Notes under the pieces: model-generated
Seen by the model: the letters and a program-made list of their open reading frames with translations, nothing else
Told to the model about the DNA's origin: nothing
The model's database searches: none
Assembly (NCBI GenBank): GCA_049997815.1
Contig: JBEKVQ010000006.1
Location: 2,613-66,612 of the forward strand
Reading direction: 5' to 3'
From: Minisyncoccia bacterium
Lineage (GTDB): Bacteria; Patescibacteriota; Minisyncoccia; UBA6257; GWB1-50-10
DNA: 64,000 nucleotides
Made by a program: the position numbers and the translations under genes
In this document: positions 1 through 9,237 of the stretch, piece by piece
How positions within the stretch are numbered: position 1 is the stretch's first letter
Layout of the letters: the number at the start of each line of letters is the position of its first letter

Positions 1-2
1 AT

Positions 3-1370
3 CCCCGGAAATCATTCTTGGAACAATTCGGCGACCTTTGGAAAGCGGTGCCCAAGATCGCCCTAATGTATACGCGGAGCGTCAATTCCGAATACACGAA
101 CATCTCGGCCGATAGCAAGAATTGCTACATGATAGTCGAATCGTCCAACAACGAGAATTGCATCCATTGCTACTGGATCCAGCAATCCAAGGACCTAGTT
201 GACGTTTCTTTCACCAATAAAGTAGAGCTCTCTTACGAGAGCGATGACAGCTACGATTCCTACAAGATTTTCTACAGCAAGGGGTGCCATGATTGCCGGG
301 AGAGCTATTTCCTTTTGGATTGCCGGAATTGTTCCGACTGTTTCGGCTGCGTCAATTTGAGGAACAAGCAATATCACGTTTTCAACGAACCCTTGGGAAA
401 AGATGGGTACGAAAAATTCCTGAAGGAAGCCCGGTTGGATACGGCGAGCGGAGTCGAGGCGACGAGAAAGAAATTTGCTGAATTTCTGAAGACCCAGCCC
501 AGAAAGTACGCCGAGATAGTTAATGCCGTTAATTCATCGGGTAACTACATAAAAGACGCCAAGAACTGCAATTCTTGTTTTCATTGTTATGACGCCGAGG
601 ACTCCAAATATGGTGTCCATGTCTGGCGGGACGCCAAGGATTGTCTTGACGTCGATACGACCGGCAGGGGAGCTCAAATGATGTACAACTCGATGAATGC
701 CGGGATGAATGTATCGAATCAAATATGTTCCCGAATGTGCTGGTCAAGTACCTTCATGAGTTATTGTTATTATTCTTTCGATTCCAATAATTGTTTTGGA
801 TGCGTCGGGTTGAGGAACAAGAACTACTGCATTTTGAACAAGCAATATGAACCGGAGGAATATAAAGAACTGGTTTCACGGATAAGGGCCAAGATGGTTC
901 AAGACGGGGAGTATGGGGAATACTTGCCGTATAAGATGGCGCCGATCGGATATAATCTTTCTTTACTCGCTTCCACCTATTTCCCGCAGACCAGAGAATC
1001 GGTGGAGAAGCTCGGCGGGACCTGGGACGAATTGGAAAGCACCGGCGGCAACGTCGCTTTGCTCGAACCGGCCGATGATATCGGGGACGTCGACGAGAGC
1101 ATCGTAAAATACGGGATAAAATGCCTGGAGACCGGCCGGCCCTTCAATATCACGAAGGATGAATTGGATTTCCTGAAGAGGCACGGGATTCCGGTGCCGC
1201 GATATTATCCGGATGTGCGGACGTCCGAACGGTACAAGAAACTGGCGGATATCCGTCCGAGGGAAGCCAAGTGTTTCTTTTGCCAAAAACCCATAATCCA
1301 CTACTACCTGCCGGAGTGGGGATACAAAAAAATCGCGTGCAATGATTGTTATCTTAAAGAGGTAATTTAA
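3..1370 (+). CDS. Cys-rich zinc-ribbon/solenoid family protein, copy 1 (5'-truncated by the window; divergent C-terminus)
   Basis: Frame is open from the window edge. Contains two Cys-periodic blocks ending CFGCVNLRNKQYHVFN and CFGCVGLRNKNYCILNKQY, and a C-terminal CFFC...CNDC...EVI. Confidence 0.9.
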   Translation, partial: PRKSFLEQFGDLWKAVPKIALMYTRSVNSEYTNISADSKNCYMIVESSNNENCIHCYWIQQSKDLVDVSFTNKVELSYESDDSYDSYKIFYSKGCHDCRESYFLLDCRNCSDCFGCVNLRNKQYHVFNEPLGKDGYEKFLKEARLDTASGVEATRKKFAEFLKTQPRKYAEIVNAVNSSGNYIKDAKNCNSCFHCYDAEDSKYGVHVWRDAKDCLDVDTTGRGAQMMYNSMNAGMNVSNQICSRMCWSSTFMSYCYYSFDSNNCFGCVGLRNKNYCILNKQYEPEEYKELVSRIRAKMVQDGEYGEYLPYKMAPIGYNLSLLASTYFPQTRESVEKLGGTWDELESTGGNVALLEPADDIGDVDESIVKYGIKCLETGRPFNITKDELDFLKRHGIPVPRYYPDVRTSERYKKLADIRPREAKCFFCQKPIIHYYLPEWGYKKIACNDCYLKEVI

Positions 1371-1385
1371 CTAGCAACCAGAGAC

Positions 1386-3131
1386 ATGCAACAAGAGACA
1401 AGGAATTGTCAGAGCTGTAAAAAACCTTTTGCAATTGAGCCGGAGGACTTCGCTTTCTACGAGCGGATAAAAGTTCCGGCGCCGACGTGGTGCCCGGAGT
1501 GCCGGATGAAGCGCAGAATGACCTTCCGGAGCGAGCACTCGCTCTTTAAAAGAAAGTGCGACCTATGCGGGAAGGAGATCATCGCCATGTACCATCCCGA
1601 GGCGGACGTTGTCGTCTACTGCTACGACTGCTGGTGGAGTGATAAGTGGGATGCCGCCGATTACGGAAAGGAATACGATTTCACGAAGCCGTTCTTCAAG
1701 CAATTCGGCCAGCTCTTGAAAGAAGTCCCGAGAGCGGCGCTCGAAGGATACAAGAATGAAAACTGTCCCTACACCAACTACACCTGGTTCTGCAAGAATA
1801 TCTACCTTTCCCCCTCGACTCTTTACTCCGAGAATATTTGGTATTCCCACGGGGTTACCTATTGCCAAGACAGCATGGACTGCGTTTATATCTATAATTC
1901 TCAGCTTTGTTACGAGTCGCTGGATTCGCTGTACTGCTCAAATTGCAAGTACCTGACCGATTGCCGGGAGTGCATCGATTGCGCATTCCTTTTCGATTGC
2001 CGCGGATGCCAGAGCTGTTTCATGAGTTCGAATCTTCGGAACAAATCGTACGTTTTCAGAAATACGCAGTTGTCCAAGGAGGAATACGAAATAAAAATGA
2101 GCGAGGTTAATCTCGGGAGCAGTTCCGCCACGGAAAAGCTTTTCCCTGAATACGAGAATTTGAGGTCGCGGGCCATCCATCGCTTCGCGAGCCTTTTTCA
2201 CACGAAGAACTGCACCGGAAATAATTTGAGCAATGCGAAAGACACGAGGTTCTGCTTTACCGGCGAGAAGCTGGAAAACGTGAGCCACGGCATCCGCATA
2301 ATCGACGCCAAGGATTCCGCCGACCTCTACGGCGTCGGGGACGGAGCCGAACTTCTCTACGACGGCGTGAACGTCGGATATCGGGATTCGCTCATCAGAT
2401 TTTCCATGAATACTTTTGAAAACATAATCGATGCAACTTATTGCAATGATTGCCGGGTTTCCCGGTATCTCTTCGGTTGTGCCGGCTTGCGGAAGAAGCA
2501 ATATCACATTTTGAACAAGGCCTATTCAAAAGAGGAGTACGAAGCGCTGATACTGAAGATAATCAAACACATGAACGATATGCCGTACACGGATAAAAAG
2601 GGCAAGGCATACCCCTTCGGCGAGTTTTCTCCGTCCGAATTCAGTCCGTTTTCTTACAACGAATCGATTGCGCAGGAGTACTATCCGATAGCCGAGAAGG
2701 AAGCCGTAGAGCAGGGTTTTCGCTGGAGAGCCTTGAGTACCCGGGAATACAAGATCACGAAGAACCCGAATGACCTGCCCGACGATATCAAGGAGGTTCC
2801 CGATTCTATAATTAAGGAAACCATCGGGTGCCTTCACGGAGGTTCGTGCGACGAGCCGTGCACGACCGCTTTCAAGATATTGGAATCGGAACTCCAATTT
2901 TACAGGCGGTTGAACTTGCCCTTGCCGCGTTTATGCCCGAATTGCCGGCATTATCGGCGAATCAAGTACAGGAATCCCCTGAATATACAGCTTTGGCATC
3001 GCGCCTGCATGTGCGGCAAGCCCGGCCACGGACATACGGATAAATGCCGCAACGAATTCGAAACGCCGTATTCTCCCGAACGCCCGGAGATCGTTTACTG
3101 CGAGCAGTGCTATCAATTGGAAGTTTCTTAA
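1386..3131 (+). CDS. Cys-rich zinc-ribbon/solenoid family protein, copy 2
   Basis: 581 aa. N-terminal CQSC...WCPECR plus CDLC-x17-CYDC; C-terminus EIVYCEQCYQLEVS. Confidence 0.92.
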   Translation: MQQETRNCQSCKKPFAIEPEDFAFYERIKVPAPTWCPECRMKRRMTFRSEHSLFKRKCDLCGKEIIAMYHPEADVVVYCYDCWWSDKWDAADYGKEYDFTKPFFKQFGQLLKEVPRAALEGYKNENCPYTNYTWFCKNIYLSPSTLYSENIWYSHGVTYCQDSMDCVYIYNSQLCYESLDSLYCSNCKYLTDCRECIDCAFLFDCRGCQSCFMSSNLRNKSYVFRNTQLSKEEYEIKMSEVNLGSSSATEKLFPEYENLRSRAIHRFASLFHTKNCTGNNLSNAKDTRFCFTGEKLENVSHGIRIIDAKDSADLYGVGDGAELLYDGVNVGYRDSLIRFSMNTFENIIDATYCNDCRVSRYLFGCAGLRKKQYHILNKAYSKEEYEALILKIIKHMNDMPYTDKKGKAYPFGEFSPSEFSPFSYNESIAQEYYPIAEKEAVEQGFRWRALSTREYKITKNPNDLPDDIKEVPDSIIKETIGCLHGGSCDEPCTTAFKILESELQFYRRLNLPLPRLCPNCRHYRRIKYRNPLNIQLWHRACMCGKPGHGHTDKCRNEFETPYSPERPEIVYCEQCYQLEVS

Positions 3132-3156
3132 TCGATTCCGAGATTGCCTGATTTAG

Positions 3157-3165
3157 TGTTATAAT
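3157..3165 (+). promoter_or_regulatory. Extended -10 promoter (TGTTATAAT) for the ATPase gene
   Basis: Perfect TGnTATAAT 10 nt upstream of ATG 3176. Confidence 0.55.
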
Positions 3166-3175
3166 TATTCAAATA

Positions 3176-5074
3176 ATGGCGAACGAGATCGAAAAGGACG
3201 TCGTCTATTTTGCGAGAACCGATTTCCGCAACAGCGAGCGGCTTTTCGGCATCAAGCGCAAGGACCGGCGCCAGCACATGTACGTTATCGGCAAGACCGG
3301 CACCGGAAAGTCCGTCCTTTTGAACAACTTGATCATCCAAGACATCGCGAACGGCGAGGGTTTGTGCGTGATAGACCCGCACGGCGAATTGGCCGAGGGC
3401 CTTTTGGAAAAGATTCCCAAGGAGCGGATGAACGACGTCATCTATTTCAATCCCGCCGATGCGGATTTCCATATCGGCTTTAACGTATTGGAATTGCCCG
3501 ACCCCAAATACAAGCACTTGGCCGCTTCGGGCCTGATGAGCATCTTCACGAAGATATGGTCCGGCGTTTGGTCGGCGAGGATGGAATACATTTTGAACAA
3601 TGCGATTCTCGCGCTCTTGGATACGCCCGGCTCGACCCTCCTGGGCGTCACGCGGCTTTTAGTGGACAAAGAGTATCGCCAGAAAATTGTGGGGAACATC
3701 AAAGACCCGGTCGTGAAGGCCTTTTGGGTGAATGAGTACGAGGAGTGGAAGGACCAGTTCCGGAACGAGGCCATCGCGCCCATTCAAAACAAAGTCGGCC
3801 AGTTCCTCTCGACCTCGATGGTCCGGAACATCGTCGGCCAGTCCAAGAGCACGATAGATATCTTCGACATAATGAACACGGGAAAGATTTTCATCGTGAA
3901 CGTCTCGAAGGGACGCATCGGCGAGGACAACTCGGCACTTCTGGGAGCGATGCTCATCACGAAGATTCAGCTCGCTTCGATGGAGCGCGTGCGCGTGCCG
4001 GAAGACGAGCGCGTTGATTTTTATCTCTATGTGGACGAGTTCCAGAACTTCGCGACCGATTCTTTCGCGAGCATCTTGTCCGAATCCAGAAAATACCGGT
4101 TGGATTTGATTTTGGCCCATCAGTACATCGGCCAGCTCGTGACGGACGTTTCAACCAAGGTACGCGACGCGGTTTTCGGCAACGTCGGTACGATGGTTTG
4201 TTTCCGGGTAGGTGCGGCCGACGCCGAGTTTTTGGAAAGCGAATTCGAACCCGAATTCGTACCCCAAGATTTCGTTAACCTTCCGAACTACACGATTTAC
4301 CTGAAGCTAATGGTGGATGGCGTTACGAGCCGGCCCTTTTCGGCGAAGACGCTTCCGCCATTCAAGGTCAATTCATCCTCGGAGCTCGTAAAACACATCA
4401 TTGACAGTTCAAGGAAGCGTTACACGCGGCCGGCCTGGGAGGTGGAGAAGGAGGTTAGAGAGTGGAGTGGTATGACCGGTCCGGGCGGTGGCGGCGGTTC
4501 CTCGACGGGTCTTGGTTTCGGAAAATACGAGGTCGTGTGCTCTTCCTGTGGCAAGACGACGACCGTTCCCTTCGAGCCCCAGCCGGGACGGCCGGTCTAC
4601 TGCCAGGATTGCTTGGCCAAGATAAAGGCGGGCGAACTCCAACCGGTCACGGTTCGCAGGGATTCTCCGGCGGTGGCTTCAACCCAGATGAATCAATTCA
4701 CTGATCTGTCTAAGTTGGGCATTGAGTATGAAGAAAAGGTAGCGCCGCCGCCTAGGGCGGAACGGAAACCGGAAGAAGCGAGAAAAGAACCACCCGTGTT
4801 CAAAAAGGCCTTCAGTACTTTCAGACCCCAGCCAAGGGCTCAACAACAGCCCCAATCGAACGTCCAACAACAATCCCAAACAAGGACTCAAAGGCCGCCG
4901 GCCTTCGAGGAAAAACCATTCATTGAGGAATCGGAAAAACCGGCAATGTCCCTATCGGAGCTCTCGAAGCCCCACGAAGAAAAGAAAACGAAGGAACCGA
5001 AAGAAGGAATGGACGTGGAAAGTTTGCGGAACGCCTTGAAGGAAGCCCTGATCAACGTTGATGATAAGAAATAA
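3176..5074 (+). CDS. VirD4/TraG/HerA-like P-loop ATPase with a C-terminal CxxC-x17-CxxC zinc ribbon and disordered tail
   Basis: Walker A GKTGTGKS, IDPHGE, Walker B LYVDEFQNF and LILAHQY; CSSC-x17-CQDC follows a Gly-rich linker. Confidence 0.85.
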   Translation: MANEIEKDVVYFARTDFRNSERLFGIKRKDRRQHMYVIGKTGTGKSVLLNNLIIQDIANGEGLCVIDPHGELAEGLLEKIPKERMNDVIYFNPADADFHIGFNVLELPDPKYKHLAASGLMSIFTKIWSGVWSARMEYILNNAILALLDTPGSTLLGVTRLLVDKEYRQKIVGNIKDPVVKAFWVNEYEEWKDQFRNEAIAPIQNKVGQFLSTSMVRNIVGQSKSTIDIFDIMNTGKIFIVNVSKGRIGEDNSALLGAMLITKIQLASMERVRVPEDERVDFYLYVDEFQNFATDSFASILSESRKYRLDLILAHQYIGQLVTDVSTKVRDAVFGNVGTMVCFRVGAADAEFLESEFEPEFVPQDFVNLPNYTIYLKLMVDGVTSRPFSAKTLPPFKVNSSSELVKHIIDSSRKRYTRPAWEVEKEVREWSGMTGPGGGGGSSTGLGFGKYEVVCSSCGKTTTVPFEPQPGRPVYCQDCLAKIKAGELQPVTVRRDSPAVASTQMNQFTDLSKLGIEYEEKVAPPPRAERKPEEARKEPPVFKKAFSTFRPQPRAQQQPQSNVQQQSQTRTQRPPAFEEKPFIEESEKPAMSLSELSKPHEEKKTKEPKEGMDVESLRNALKEALINVDDKK

Positions 5075-5079
5075 AGCGC

Positions 5080-5655
5080 TTAACTCTTTTCTACTCGCTC
5101 AACGTATTCTCCGGTAGTCGTATTTATTCTCAGAATGTCGCCTTCATTGATGAAGAGAGGAACGTTCAATTTCGCTCCGGTCTCGAGCGTTACCGATTTC
5201 GTGCCACCTTGGGCGGTATTGCCCTTGATGGCCGGCGGGGCTTCCGTTACCTTCAAGTCCATTTTTATCGGCAGTTCCATGTTGATGATTTTGTCCCCAA
5301 ACTTATAAGCCATTACCTCCAGGTTGGTTTTCAGAAATTTAGCGGCCGCGCCGATCGTTTCCTCTTTGAGGGGGAAGCGATTCTTCGGATTGCCCTTCTC
5401 GTTGAACCAATATTCACCCCGGCTCTGGTAGATGAAGACCACCGGCGTCATATCTATCTCGGCCTCCTCGAATTCTTCGTTCTGGTGCGCGGAATAATCC
5501 ACCACCTTGCCGCTCACGAGATTCTCGATCTTAAGCTGGGTGACGGGCTTTCTCTGTTGCATTCGGATGAAGGCGTAATCCAGCACTTTCCAAGGTTCTC
5601 CGTCCTTTATGAAAATCGTGCCGACCTTCAGCTCGTTGTAGGATAATCTGGACAT
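5080..5655 (-). CDS. efp: Translation elongation factor P
   Basis: C-terminal PPAIKGNTAQGGTKSVTLETGAKLNVPLFINEGD...TTGEYVER signature; 191 aa. Confidence 0.95.
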   Translation of the reverse strand: MSRLSYNELKVGTIFIKDGEPWKVLDYAFIRMQQRKPVTQLKIENLVSGKVVDYSAHQNEEFEEAEIDMTPVVFIYQSRGEYWFNEKGNPKNRFPLKEETIGAAAKFLKTNLEVMAYKFGDKIINMELPIKMDLKVTEAPPAIKGNTAQGGTKSVTLETGAKLNVPLFINEGDILRINTTTGEYVERVEKS

Positions 5656-5673
5656 ATTTTTATAACGTTCACT

Positions 5674-5702
5674 ATTTTATTGAAAGTCCTAGAAAAATGC
5701 AA
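5674..5702 (-). promoter_or_regulatory. Sigma70 promoter of efp
   Basis: Minus strand reads TTGCAT-17 nt-TAAAAT upstream of the efp ATG. Confidence 0.55.
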
Positions 5703-5746
5703 ATAAAATAAAAAATCCGTAATCCCTCGGTTGAGAAATTACGGAT
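5701..5746 (-). terminator. Intrinsic terminator after the small membrane-protein genes
   Basis: Stem atccgtaat/attacggat (5715-5723, 5738-5746) followed on the minus strand by a T-rich tract. Confidence 0.55.
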
Positions 5747-5770
5747 AAATGAGTGCGCTCAGCGCAATTA

Positions 5771-5983
5771 CTATGGATGAGGCAAGCGGGGAGTTTTGTC
5801 GCCTCTCCCTAGGGTTACACCTATGAGTCCCATCGCGAAGAGGAACCCCCCTGGAACTATGCGAAGAGTCATTGCTTCGCGTTCGGGCGAGCCGAAGGTT
5901 GAATCCCATCCAATTGACAGTCCCCATACAATGAGGATGATTCCGATGATAAATAGAAAAGCCCATACCGATTTTCTAGTCAT
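5771..5983 (-). CDS. Small two-TM membrane protein ending PRLPHP (70 aa)
   Basis: MTRKSVWAFLFIIGIILIVWG... has two hydrophobic segments and a GGGAGA SD upstream of ATG 5983. Confidence 0.6.
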   Translation of the reverse strand: MTRKSVWAFLFIIGIILIVWGLSIGWDSTFGSPEREAMTLRIVPGGFLFAMGLIGVTLGRGDKTPRLPHP

Positions 5984-6006
5984 GGCTATCTCCCTGGCTA
6001 ATGTTC

Positions 6007-6287
6007 GGTGTTGTAAATCTACAGTGTTTGTTGCTATGGATGAGGTAGACGAGGTTGAGATCTTTTCGTCGATGGGAAGGCTCTGGGTGTCAAATATATC
6101 AGAGATAGAATTGCCCCCAAAATACCAATTCCTCTCCATACGTTGATAATCGGAAATTCGGGCATGAATATGAGGGGTGCAATCATACAGAGCAGTCCAA
6201 CGACCAGTAGAATGGCAGAGGGTTTTTTCATGGTGGTGTCTTTCTAGCTGTGATCTGGTGTTGTGAATTTGTAGTGTTTGCTGCTAT
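6007..6287. repeat. 31-bp imperfect direct repeat (6007-6037 and 6257-6287), 250 bp apart
   Basis: ggtgttgtaaatctacagtgtttgttgctat vs ggtgttgtgaatttgtagtgtttgctgctat (5 mismatches); each lies upstream of one small gene. Confidence 0.75.
6034..6231 (-). CDS. Small two-TM membrane protein ending PRLPHP (65 aa)
   Basis: MKKPSAILLVVGLLCMIAP... has two hydrophobic segments and the same C-terminal hexapeptide as its neighbour. Confidence 0.6.
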   Translation of the reverse strand: MKKPSAILLVVGLLCMIAPLIFMPEFPIINVWRGIGILGAILSLIYLTPRAFPSTKRSQPRLPHP

Positions 6288-6310
6288 TATAATGACAAAC
6301 ATATAGTCTT

Positions 6311-7465
6311 ATGTCAAGAATAAAAGAAAAATTTAATCCCAAACAGGGCCGAAGGATTTTCGTAGGAATGTCCGGCGGGGTAGATTCTTCGGTTGCTGCT
6401 CATCTACTTAAAGAACAAGGCTTCGATGTAACCGGCGTTTTTATCCGTTCTTTCAACGTTGACGGTTGCGCCGAGCGGGATGCGGAGGATGCCCGGCGGG
6501 CGGCGGCGCACCTGGGGATTCCGTTCTATGTTTTTGACTTTGAGGAGGAGTATAAAAGGGAGGTGGTGGAGTATATGGTCAATGGCTATCGGAACGGCCT
6601 TACGCCCAATCCGGACGTGATGTGCAACAAGGAGATAAAGTTCGGGTTGTTTTTGAAAAAAGCCCTGGAAATGGGAGCTGACTACATTGCTACTGGGCAC
6701 TACGTTCGCCTAGATCGCTCGTCCAACACCCCTGCTCAGGGTGTCTCCGGGGCGACGCCCAAGTCTTACCCTTCGCAGGAGTGTCGGAACCCGCTCTCAG
6801 TAGCTCGTGATGCCAATAAAGATCAAAGCTATTTCCTGTGGACACTGACCCAGGATCAATTAGGGTATTGTCTTTTTCCAATTGGAGATTATTTGAAGGG
6901 GGAAGTGAGGGAAATCGCGCGGAAAGCGGGATTGCCGACGGCGGAAAAGAAAGACTCGCAGGGCATCTGTTTTCTGGGCGATGTGGCGCTCGACGAATTC
7001 CTGAAGGATTATATAAAGCCAAAGAGGGGGCCGATCGTTGATATAGATGGCAATAAGGTCGGTGAGCACGACGGGATTTTTTTCTATACCATCGGCCAGC
7101 GGCACGGCCTAGGTCTTGGCGGAGGGGAGCCGTACTACATCGCCGACAAAATTTTGAAGACCAATACGCTCATGATGGCGCGAGGGAGCGATAATCCAGC
7201 ACTTTTTAAAAAGGAAATAGAAATTGCGGATGTCCATTTTATCGATTCAAACCCTTCCGATAAACAAAGGGTTTTCGCTAGAGTTCGGTATCGTCAGCCA
7301 CTCGTCCCGGCGGAACTTCAGCGGCTCTCAAATTCAAATTATCGACTTGTCTTCAAGAGGGCGGTAAAATTTGTCGCGCCCGGCCAGTCGGCGGTCTTCT
7401 ACGAGGCCGGATACTTCGCCGGTCTTCGCGGCCGGAGGATGCTGGGGGGTGGTATAATAATTTGA
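6311..7465 (+). CDS. mnmA: tRNA 2-thiouridylase MnmA
   Basis: MSGGVDSS, TPNPDVMCNKEIKF, ATGHY, KDQSYFL, KKDSQGICF, YTIGQR, APGQSAVFY. Confidence 0.96.
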   Translation: MSRIKEKFNPKQGRRIFVGMSGGVDSSVAAHLLKEQGFDVTGVFIRSFNVDGCAERDAEDARRAAAHLGIPFYVFDFEEEYKREVVEYMVNGYRNGLTPNPDVMCNKEIKFGLFLKKALEMGADYIATGHYVRLDRSSNTPAQGVSGATPKSYPSQECRNPLSVARDANKDQSYFLWTLTQDQLGYCLFPIGDYLKGEVREIARKAGLPTAEKKDSQGICFLGDVALDEFLKDYIKPKRGPIVDIDGNKVGEHDGIFFYTIGQRHGLGLGGGEPYYIADKILKTNTLMMARGSDNPALFKKEIEIADVHFIDSNPSDKQRVFARVRYRQPLVPAELQRLSNSNYRLVFKRAVKFVAPGQSAVFYEAGYFAGLRGRRMLGGGIII

Positions 7466-9237
7466 TGAACCCTGAAACAAAAACCTGCCAAAACTGCAAG
7501 CAACCGTTCAGAATTGAACCGGACGATTTTGCGTTTTACGAGCAGATAAAAGTTCCGCCACCGACTTTCTGTTTTGACTGTCGTTTGGAACGCCGCATGG
7601 TCTGGCGGAACGAGCGCTCGCTTTACAGGAGAAAATGCAATGCGCCGGGGCATTCGGAGGACATCATAAGCATGTACGCGCCGGAGGGGGAGTATAACGT
7701 CGTCGATTCAAAGTTCTGGTGGTCGGACGGGTGGGACCCGATGATGTACGGGCTTTATTACAATTTTTCCGTCCCGTTCTTCAAGCAATTCGAACGGTTG
7801 ACCCACAGCGTGCCGCTTTTGAATCTCTCCATCGTGAATTCGAATAATTCGGACTATACGAACTACGTGGACGGGAACAAGGACTGCTATCTGGTTTTCG
7901 GTTCGGGATGGAACGAGAACGTCAATTACGGCAACAAGATAATGGGCAATAAGGACTCCCAGGACCTTTTGGGTACCACGAAGTGCGAACTCTCGTATGA
8001 GAGCGTTAATTGCGTGGAGTGCTATCGGCTGCTTTACAGCCGGAACTGCAAGGCCTGTTCAAATTCTTGGTTTCTGTACAACTGCCGGAATTGTCAGGAT
8101 TGCGTCGGTTGCGCCAATCAGAACAACAAGACGCACTGCATTTTCAACGTCCAATACTCTAAAGAGGAGTACGAAAAGAAGCTGGGAGAGCTTGGGCTTA
8201 ATACAGTCGGAGGCATTGCTTCCGTTAAAGAGGAATTCACAAAAACCTATCTGCAGGTGCCTCACCGCTACGCGAATATTTTCAATTCGGTGGACTGCAC
8301 GGGGGAGAACATCAACGATTCGAAGAACGTAAAATATTCATTCGATATCTTCGAAAAGATGGAGGATTCGAGATATATGTACGGTTCGCTCCAGACCAAG
8401 GATTGCTACGACGGGAACGGCATTTACCAGAATCCGATGTGCTACGAGACGGTGGACGCGAACATCGGCCAGAACGTGCACATGTCGCTCACCATTTATT
8501 CCTCGAATGACATAACCTACTGCTGGAATTGCCACTCTTCATCCGACCTCTTCGGCTGCGTCGGTTTGCGCAATAAGAAGTATTGCATCTTGAACAAACA
8601 GTATACGAAAGAGGAATATGACGAGTTGCTCCCCAAGATAAAGAAACACATGAACGATATGCCGTATGTAGACAAGATTGGCCGGAAATACGGGTACGGG
8701 GAGTACTTCCCGGACGAAATATCGCCGTTCGCGCACAACGAGTCCATCTCGCAGGAGTATTTCACGCTTTCGAAAGAGGAAACCGAAAAAGCCGGATACG
8801 CCTGGCGCAATATGCTTGAACGGGATTATCGCCCGACCCTGCGTTCGGACCAGCTTCCGGACAGCTCCAGTTTTCCCGAATCTATCGCGAACGAGGTCGT
8901 GGAGTGCGAACACAAAGGGAGTTGCAACGAACAATGCACGACGGCTTTCAAATTCATTCCAGCTGAGATTCAGTTCTATAAGCGGCTGAACCTCCCGCTT
9001 CCGCATTTCTGCCCCAATTGCCGGCACTACGCCCGCTTGAGGCAGCGCAATCCGATAAAGCTTTGGCACCGCAAATGCCAGTGCGTCGGGGAAGCGTCCG
9101 AAAACGGCGTCTATCAAAACACCGTCCAACATCAGCATGGAGCAGGAAAATGTCCTAACGAATTTGAGACAAGTTACAGCCCGGAGAGGAAGGAGATAGT
9201 GTATTGCGAGCAGTGTTATCAAGCGGAAGTCGTATGA
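7465..9237 (+). CDS. Cys-rich zinc-ribbon/solenoid family protein, copy 3
   Basis: Starts in a TGATG overlap with the mnmA stop; same architecture as the other copies; ends CEQCYQAEVV. Confidence 0.92.
   Translation: MNPETKTCQNCKQPFRIEPDDFAFYEQIKVPPPTFCFDCRLERRMVWRNERSLYRRKCNAPGHSEDIISMYAPEGEYNVVDSKFWWSDGWDPMMYGLYYNFSVPFFKQFERLTHSVPLLNLSIVNSNNSDYTNYVDGNKDCYLVFGSGWNENVNYGNKIMGNKDSQDLLGTTKCELSYESVNCVECYRLLYSRNCKACSNSWFLYNCRNCQDCVGCANQNNKTHCIFNVQYSKEEYEKKLGELGLNTVGGIASVKEEFTKTYLQVPHRYANIFNSVDCTGENINDSKNVKYSFDIFEKMEDSRYMYGSLQTKDCYDGNGIYQNPMCYETVDANIGQNVHMSLTIYSSNDITYCWNCHSSSDLFGCVGLRNKKYCILNKQYTKEEYDELLPKIKKHMNDMPYVDKIGRKYGYGEYFPDEISPFAHNESISQEYFTLSKEETEKAGYAWRNMLERDYRPTLRSDQLPDSSSFPESIANEVVECEHKGSCNEQCTTAFKFIPAEIQFYKRLNLPLPHFCPNCRHYARLRQRNPIKLWHRKCQCVGEASENGVYQNTVQHQHGAGKCPNEFETSYSPERKEIVYCEQCYQAEVV

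Noticed and set aside
5771-6139. 122-aa ORF as listed in the track
   Set aside because: The upstream extension overlaps the 6034-6231 gene. ATG 5983 has an SD and gives a compact paralogue-like protein.
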